30,315 nucleotides of DNA, taken from positions 1 to 30,315 of the forward strand of contig CAYLIN010000001.1 of the NCBI GenBank assembly GCA_964383725.1, written 5' to 3'. The notes beneath the pieces were generated by a model. The model had not been told where the DNA came from. It ran no database searches and saw only the letters and a list, made by a program, of their open reading frames with translations. How positions within the stretch are numbered: position 1 is the first letter of the stretch; every line of letters starts with the position of its first letter. Positions 26,527 to 30,315 of the stretch are shown one piece after another. The translations under genes and the position numbers were made by a program. This DNA is from an uncultured Azospirillaceae bacterium. GTDB taxonomy: Bacteria; Pseudomonadota; Alphaproteobacteria; RF32; CAG-239.

Positions 26527-26577
26527 GATTGGCAATTGTGTTTAATTTGTGCAAATTTAATCAATATAGGACATATT

Positions 26578-28050
26578 ATGGCTACTGAAACTAATATTCA
26601 TCGCGAATCCCGTCTTGCAAAACTCAACGCCTTACAAGAACTCGGATACAATCCCTACCCTTATCGTTTTCAACCGACGCATTTTGCTGCTGAATTACAA
26701 GAAAAATACAAAGATTTAGAGGCCGGTACTGACACTGAAGACAGAGTAACCATCGCCGGTCGCGCCATGGCTGTTCGCAACAGCGGTATGTTTATCGATG
26801 TGAAAGACAACAGCGGTAAAATTCAGGCTTTTTGCCATAAGAATCATCTTAGTGAACAAGATTTGGAAATTTTGAAAAATTTGGATGTCGGTGATTTGGT
26901 CGGTATTTCAGGTTATGTCAGACGGACACCGCGTGGTGAGCTTTCCGTTGCGGCCGAAAAATTTGATATTATTTCAAAGGCTTTACAACCTTTGCCTGAA
27001 AAATTTCATGGTTTGACAGACGTTGAAGCTCGTTATCGTCAACGCTATGTCGATTTTATCATGAACGATGACAGCCGCGATATTTTCAAAAAACGCTGCC
27101 AAATTACATCTGCTATTCGTCGCTGGTTTGAAGAACATCAATTTATGGAAGTGGAAACTCCTATGCTCCATTCTATCATGGGGGGGGCAAACGCAAAACC
27201 GTTTATTACACATCATAACACTTTAGACATGGATTTGTATTTGCGTATCGCTCCGGAATTGTTCCTTAAACGCTTGGTGGTCGGTGGCTTTGACCGTGTT
27301 TTCGAAATCGGACGTAACTTCCGTAACGAAGGCATTGATAAAAGTCACAATCCGGAATTTACCGGTTTGGAAGCTTATCAAGCTTATGCTGATTATAATG
27401 ACATGGCTGATTTGTTCGCCGATATGATTCCCTATGTGGCTGAAAAAGTTTTGGGAACTAAAGTTGTTACATTCAACGGGCAAGAAATTGACCTGTCTAA
27501 AGGTTTCGCTCGCAAGTCCATTGTCGATTTAGTCAAAGAATATGCCGGCATTGACCTGCTGCAAGCTCAGACTGTTGAAGAAGCCCGTGCTATGGCAAAA
27601 TCTGTCGGTGTTGATGTTGATGACTGTACTTCTTGGGGTAAGGTTGTTCAGGAAGTGTTTGATGAAAAAGTTGAAGCTCATTTGATTCAGCCGATTTTAG
27701 TCATGGACATGCCGCGCGATATTTCACCGCTGGCTAAAACACACCGTGATAATCCGCGCTTAGTTGAACATTTTGATGCTTATATCGCCGGTATGGAAAT
27801 CGGTTGTGCTTATTCTGAGTTGTCTAATCCATTGGAACAACGTGAACGTTTCGAATCTCAGGTTGCTGCTCGTGAAGCCGGCGATGATGAAGCGCAAATG
27901 CTTGATGAAGACTATGTTACTGCTTTGGAAAATGCTTTGCCTCCGACAGGTGGCATGGGCATGGGTATTGATCGTTTGGCTATTTTACTGACCAATGCCG
28001 AAACCATTCGCGATGTTATCGCTTTCCCCACTTTGCGTAAAAAAGATTAG
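26578..28050 (+). CDS. lysS: Lysine--tRNA ligase, class II
   Basis: AGGA RBS and ATG 26578; OB-fold N-terminus, [27 protein letters not shown], motif 2 [11 protein letters not shown] and motif 3 GMGMGIDRL. Confidence 0.97.
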   Translation: MATETNIHRESRLAKLNALQELGYNPYPYRFQPTHFAAELQEKYKDLEAGTDTEDRVTIAGRAMAVRNSGMFIDVKDNSGKIQAFCHKNHLSEQDLEILKNLDVGDLVGISGYVRRTPRGELSVAAEKFDIISKALQPLPEKFHGLTDVEARYRQRYVDFIMNDDSRDIFKKRCQITSAIRRWFEEHQFMEVETPMLHSIMGGANAKPFITHHNTLDMDLYLRIAPELFLKRLVVGGFDRVFEIGRNFRNEGIDKSHNPEFTGLEAYQAYADYNDMADLFADMIPYVAEKVLGTKVVTFNGQEIDLSKGFARKSIVDLVKEYAGIDLLQAQTVEEARAMAKSVGVDVDDCTSWGKVVQEVFDEKVEAHLIQPILVMDMPRDISPLAKTHRDNPRLVEHFDAYIAGMEIGCAYSELSNPLEQRERFESQVAAREAGDDEAQMLDEDYVTALENALPPTGGMGMGIDRLAILLTNAETIRDVIAFPTLRKKD

Positions 28051-28065
28051 CCAGTTCTTATTATC

Positions 28066-29364
28066 GTGACTAAGGTGCAAGACATATACAAAAACAGATA
28101 CTTTCAGCATTTCTTAAAGCTGGGTGTTTGTTTTTGTTGTATGGGGATTGGCGCTTATTTTGTTTATCTCGGTTGGCAAGGACATCTCAAGCAACAAAAG
28201 ATAAATTTTGAAGATGTTGAAAATCTGGATGCTTCGCTGCAAATGCAACAAGTTTCGCAAAACTCTGACAACTTGACGTGGGAGGAATTTTGCCTAAATA
28301 ACCCTATTGATATTTGCGCCAACAATAAACGCCCTGATGACTTTTTATATGATGAAAGCGATGTGTCAATCGTTGAAGCAGAAGAAGCTGATATTGAAAA
28401 ACTACAGCAAATTGTCAATGACAAAAGTGACAATATTACTGAAAAACAGCCTCAAGAACAGCCTTTAGAAACAAAAGTTTTCGAGGTTTTAACCATTGCA
28501 GATGAGCTCAATCAAGAGGCTTTGGATATTCTTTATGAAGAGCCTTTATCCGAAAATGTTATCGGAGAAGATGAGCCGAATTTGCAAACATCTGAAGAGC
28601 CAACAGAACCGGATACGGAATTTACGCATATTTACAATAAAGATGTTAAGGCTTTTCATATTATACCTGTTCGTAAACCATTGTATTTTGGGAAACTTCC
28701 GGTTATTGCCGTGGTTATTGATGATATGGGCATTAGTCAGATACGAACAGCAGATATTATCAGTTTGCATGCACCTTTAACAGCTTCATTCCTGACATAC
28801 GGCAAAAATTTGGATGAACAGGTCAATCGTTCTCGTGAAGCCGGACATGAGATTATGATTCATACCCCTATGGAAGCCCTAAATCCAGTCGACACAGCTC
28901 CCGATGTTCTTACAACAAAAATGACGCCGGAAGAAATTCAAACTAATCTGAAAGTTATGCTGGATAAATTTCGCGATGTGAAAGGTATCAACAACCATAT
29001 GGGCAGTAAATTAACTGAAGATAAGACCAGAATGCTCGCCGTTATGGAAGTTTTAAAGGAACGGGGATTATTTTTCCTCGATTCAAAAACTTCGGCTAAA
29101 TCAAGAGCTGAGGAAGCTGCTGCTGAAAGTGGCATTTCCTATGCTCATCGCCATGTTTTCATTGATAATAACAACAACAAAGAATATATTTTAGGACAAT
29201 TGGCAAGAGCAGAAAACGTCGCTCGCAAAAATGGCTATGCCATTGCTATCGGACACCCTAAAACACAGACCTATGCTGCCCTCAAAGAATGGATTGATAC
29301 CCTTCCCGATAAAAAATTAAAGCTCACCCATTTAAGTGACATTATAAAAGTTTTGAATCCATAA
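28066..29364 (+). CDS. Divergent polysaccharide deacetylase family protein (YibQ-like) with N-terminal TM and acidic linker
   Basis: IAVVIDDMG, HEIMIHTPME, GINNHMGSKLT, FFLDSKT, RHVFID, IAIGHP. Confidence 0.9.
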   Translation: MTKVQDIYKNRYFQHFLKLGVCFCCMGIGAYFVYLGWQGHLKQQKINFEDVENLDASLQMQQVSQNSDNLTWEEFCLNNPIDICANNKRPDDFLYDESDVSIVEAEEADIEKLQQIVNDKSDNITEKQPQEQPLETKVFEVLTIADELNQEALDILYEEPLSENVIGEDEPNLQTSEEPTEPDTEFTHIYNKDVKAFHIIPVRKPLYFGKLPVIAVVIDDMGISQIRTADIISLHAPLTASFLTYGKNLDEQVNRSREAGHEIMIHTPMEALNPVDTAPDVLTTKMTPEEIQTNLKVMLDKFRDVKGINNHMGSKLTEDKTRMLAVMEVLKERGLFFLDSKTSAKSRAEEAAAESGISYAHRHVFIDNNNNKEYILGQLARAENVARKNGYAIAIGHPKTQTYAALKEWIDTLPDKKLKLTHLSDIIKVLNP

Positions 29365-29436
29365 AATTGAAAATATAATAAAAAATCATAGATACCATTT
29401 GAAAAATATTATCATAATTTATTTTTCGAATAAGGG

Positions 29437-29465
29437 TTGATGTGAGGCGAAATTTATGCTATAAT
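29437..29465 (+). promoter_or_regulatory. Near-consensus sigma70 promoter with extended -10
   Basis: TTGATG-17-TATAAT, with TG at the extended -10 position (TGcTATAAT). Confidence 0.75.
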
Positions 29466-29497
29466 GATTTTACTTTAACCAATTATGTTTAATTTTT

Positions 29498-29881
29498 ATG
29501 AAAAATGTGTTTTGGGGATTCATAACATGGCTTATTGAATCCGTGATTTTTGTTCTCCTTTGCTGGGGGATGGGTGCTCTTTTAGAGTTAATTATCTTTG
29601 GCGTAGTTAGCGTTGAAGGAAGTTTGATTGACGGAATGCTTTTGGGTTCGGTCATGGGAATAATCTTTGGCCTAATTACGATGGGAACGGATACTGATTG
29701 TGCTGAACACCTGATGTTCTTTAGCATTGGATGGTTATTAACAATCCCCGGAATAATGTTCGGGATTAGGATGTACACCGAAAGAGGATATATCCCTCTT
29801 CCTTTCTTACTCATCTATGGTGGAACAGTCGTATTGATCTTTATAGGCTCGATCTACGTCTTGATGAAAGAAGATATCTAG
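29498..29881 (+). CDS. Hypothetical integral membrane protein, about 4 TM, 127 aa
   Basis: Four hydrophobic stretches; lies between a strong promoter and a terminator. Confidence 0.7.
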   Translation: MKNVFWGFITWLIESVIFVLLCWGMGALLELIIFGVVSVEGSLIDGMLLGSVMGIIFGLITMGTDTDCAEHLMFFSIGWLLTIPGIMFGIRMYTERGYIPLPFLLIYGGTVVLIFIGSIYVLMKEDI

Positions 29882-29894
29882 AAACACGTCGACA

Positions 29895-29935
29895 ATGAGG
29901 ATAGAAGAATTTTTCTTCTATCCTCATGTTGTTTT
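29895..29935 (+). terminator. Terminator with perfect 15-bp stem
   Basis: ATGAGGATAGAAGAA-ttt-TTCTTCTATCCTCAT followed by GTTGTTTT. Confidence 0.75.
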
Positions 29936-30012
29936 AAACTCGGAGATCTTATATAAGCATTTTGATATTTTCATTCATTTGGAAAAAAAATTATAAATTA
30001 CGTTTTTTTTAC

Positions 30013-30041
30013 TTGACGTAAATAAAAAATACATTTATATA
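30013..30041 (+). promoter_or_regulatory. Putative tRNA promoter
   Basis: TTGACG-17-TATATA with an AT-rich upstream tract, 19 nt before the tRNA. Confidence 0.55.
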
Positions 30042-30060
30042 TGCTTTTGTCTTAAGCGAT

Positions 30061-30135
30061 GGTCCCATCGTCTAATGGTTAGGACACCACCCTTTCACGG
30101 TGGTAATATGGGTTCGAATCCCGTTGGGATCACCA
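30061..30135 (+). tRNA. tRNA-Glu(TTC), CCA encoded
   Basis: Acceptor stem GGTCCCA/TGGGATC; anticodon arm CCACC-ctTTCac-GGTGG; short variable loop; GGTTCGAATCC T-arm; 3' ACCA. Confidence 0.97.
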
Positions 30136-30139
30136 ATAC

Positions 30140-30176
30140 AAACGGTAGGTATAAAAACCTGCCGTTTTTTTATTTT
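30140..30176 (+). terminator. Intrinsic terminator after tRNA-Glu
   Basis: AAACGGTAGGT-ataaaa-ACCTGCCGTTT followed by a U-tract. Confidence 0.85.
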
Positions 30177-30315
30177 CCAAGCTTTTCGAGCTGGTTCGAA
30201 ACTTCTCTTAGCTTTGCGAGGGAGGAACGACCAAAGAAAAGGTTAGTTGTTCGCGCAAGTAGGAAGATGAAATCTTCCGTAGCGGCGCAATGTTCAGTTT
30301 TTAAATTTCTTGTTT

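Noticed and set aside
29470-29814. 114-aa minus-strand ORF
   Set aside because: Antisense to the membrane protein gene, which has the promoter and terminator support.
30061-30135. tRNA-Glu as the attachment site of an integrated element covering the accessory block
   Set aside because: No integrase and no duplicated tRNA 3' end were noticed, and core genes (lexA, lysS) lie in between.
1-30315. CRISPR array, prophage, IS or diversity-generating retroelement
   Set aside because: No regularly spaced DNA repeats, and no cas, phage, transposase or reverse transcriptase ORFs were seen.

Overview
Chromosomal window from a low-GC (about 40% by eye) alphaproteobacterium. The lineage is inferred from a canonical GTTC-N7-GTTC SOS box upstream of lexA and an AapJ-type binding protein; an uncultured, gut-type Rhodospirillales-like lineage is plausible but unproven. 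Housekeeping and envelope genes are gltX (partial), mlaC-like, aapJ-like, a carboxylesterase, a GH13 enzyme, an ABC-F ATPase, murE, a TetR-MFP-RND efflux operon, lexA, class II lysS, a divergent polysaccharide deacetylase and tRNA-Glu. They surround a central accessory block (14.3-25.5 kb) with the two main candidates. (1) A 2597-aa Sec-exported protein of about 30 degenerate CxC..C..C..YxxC cysteine modules, with no recognisable anchor or secretion domain. (2) A compositionally distinct two-gene cassette with Bacteroidota-style features: a repeat-containing lipoprotein and a small beta-barrel. A hairpin-dense intergenic region separates the two. No CRISPR array, integrase or transposase is visible.
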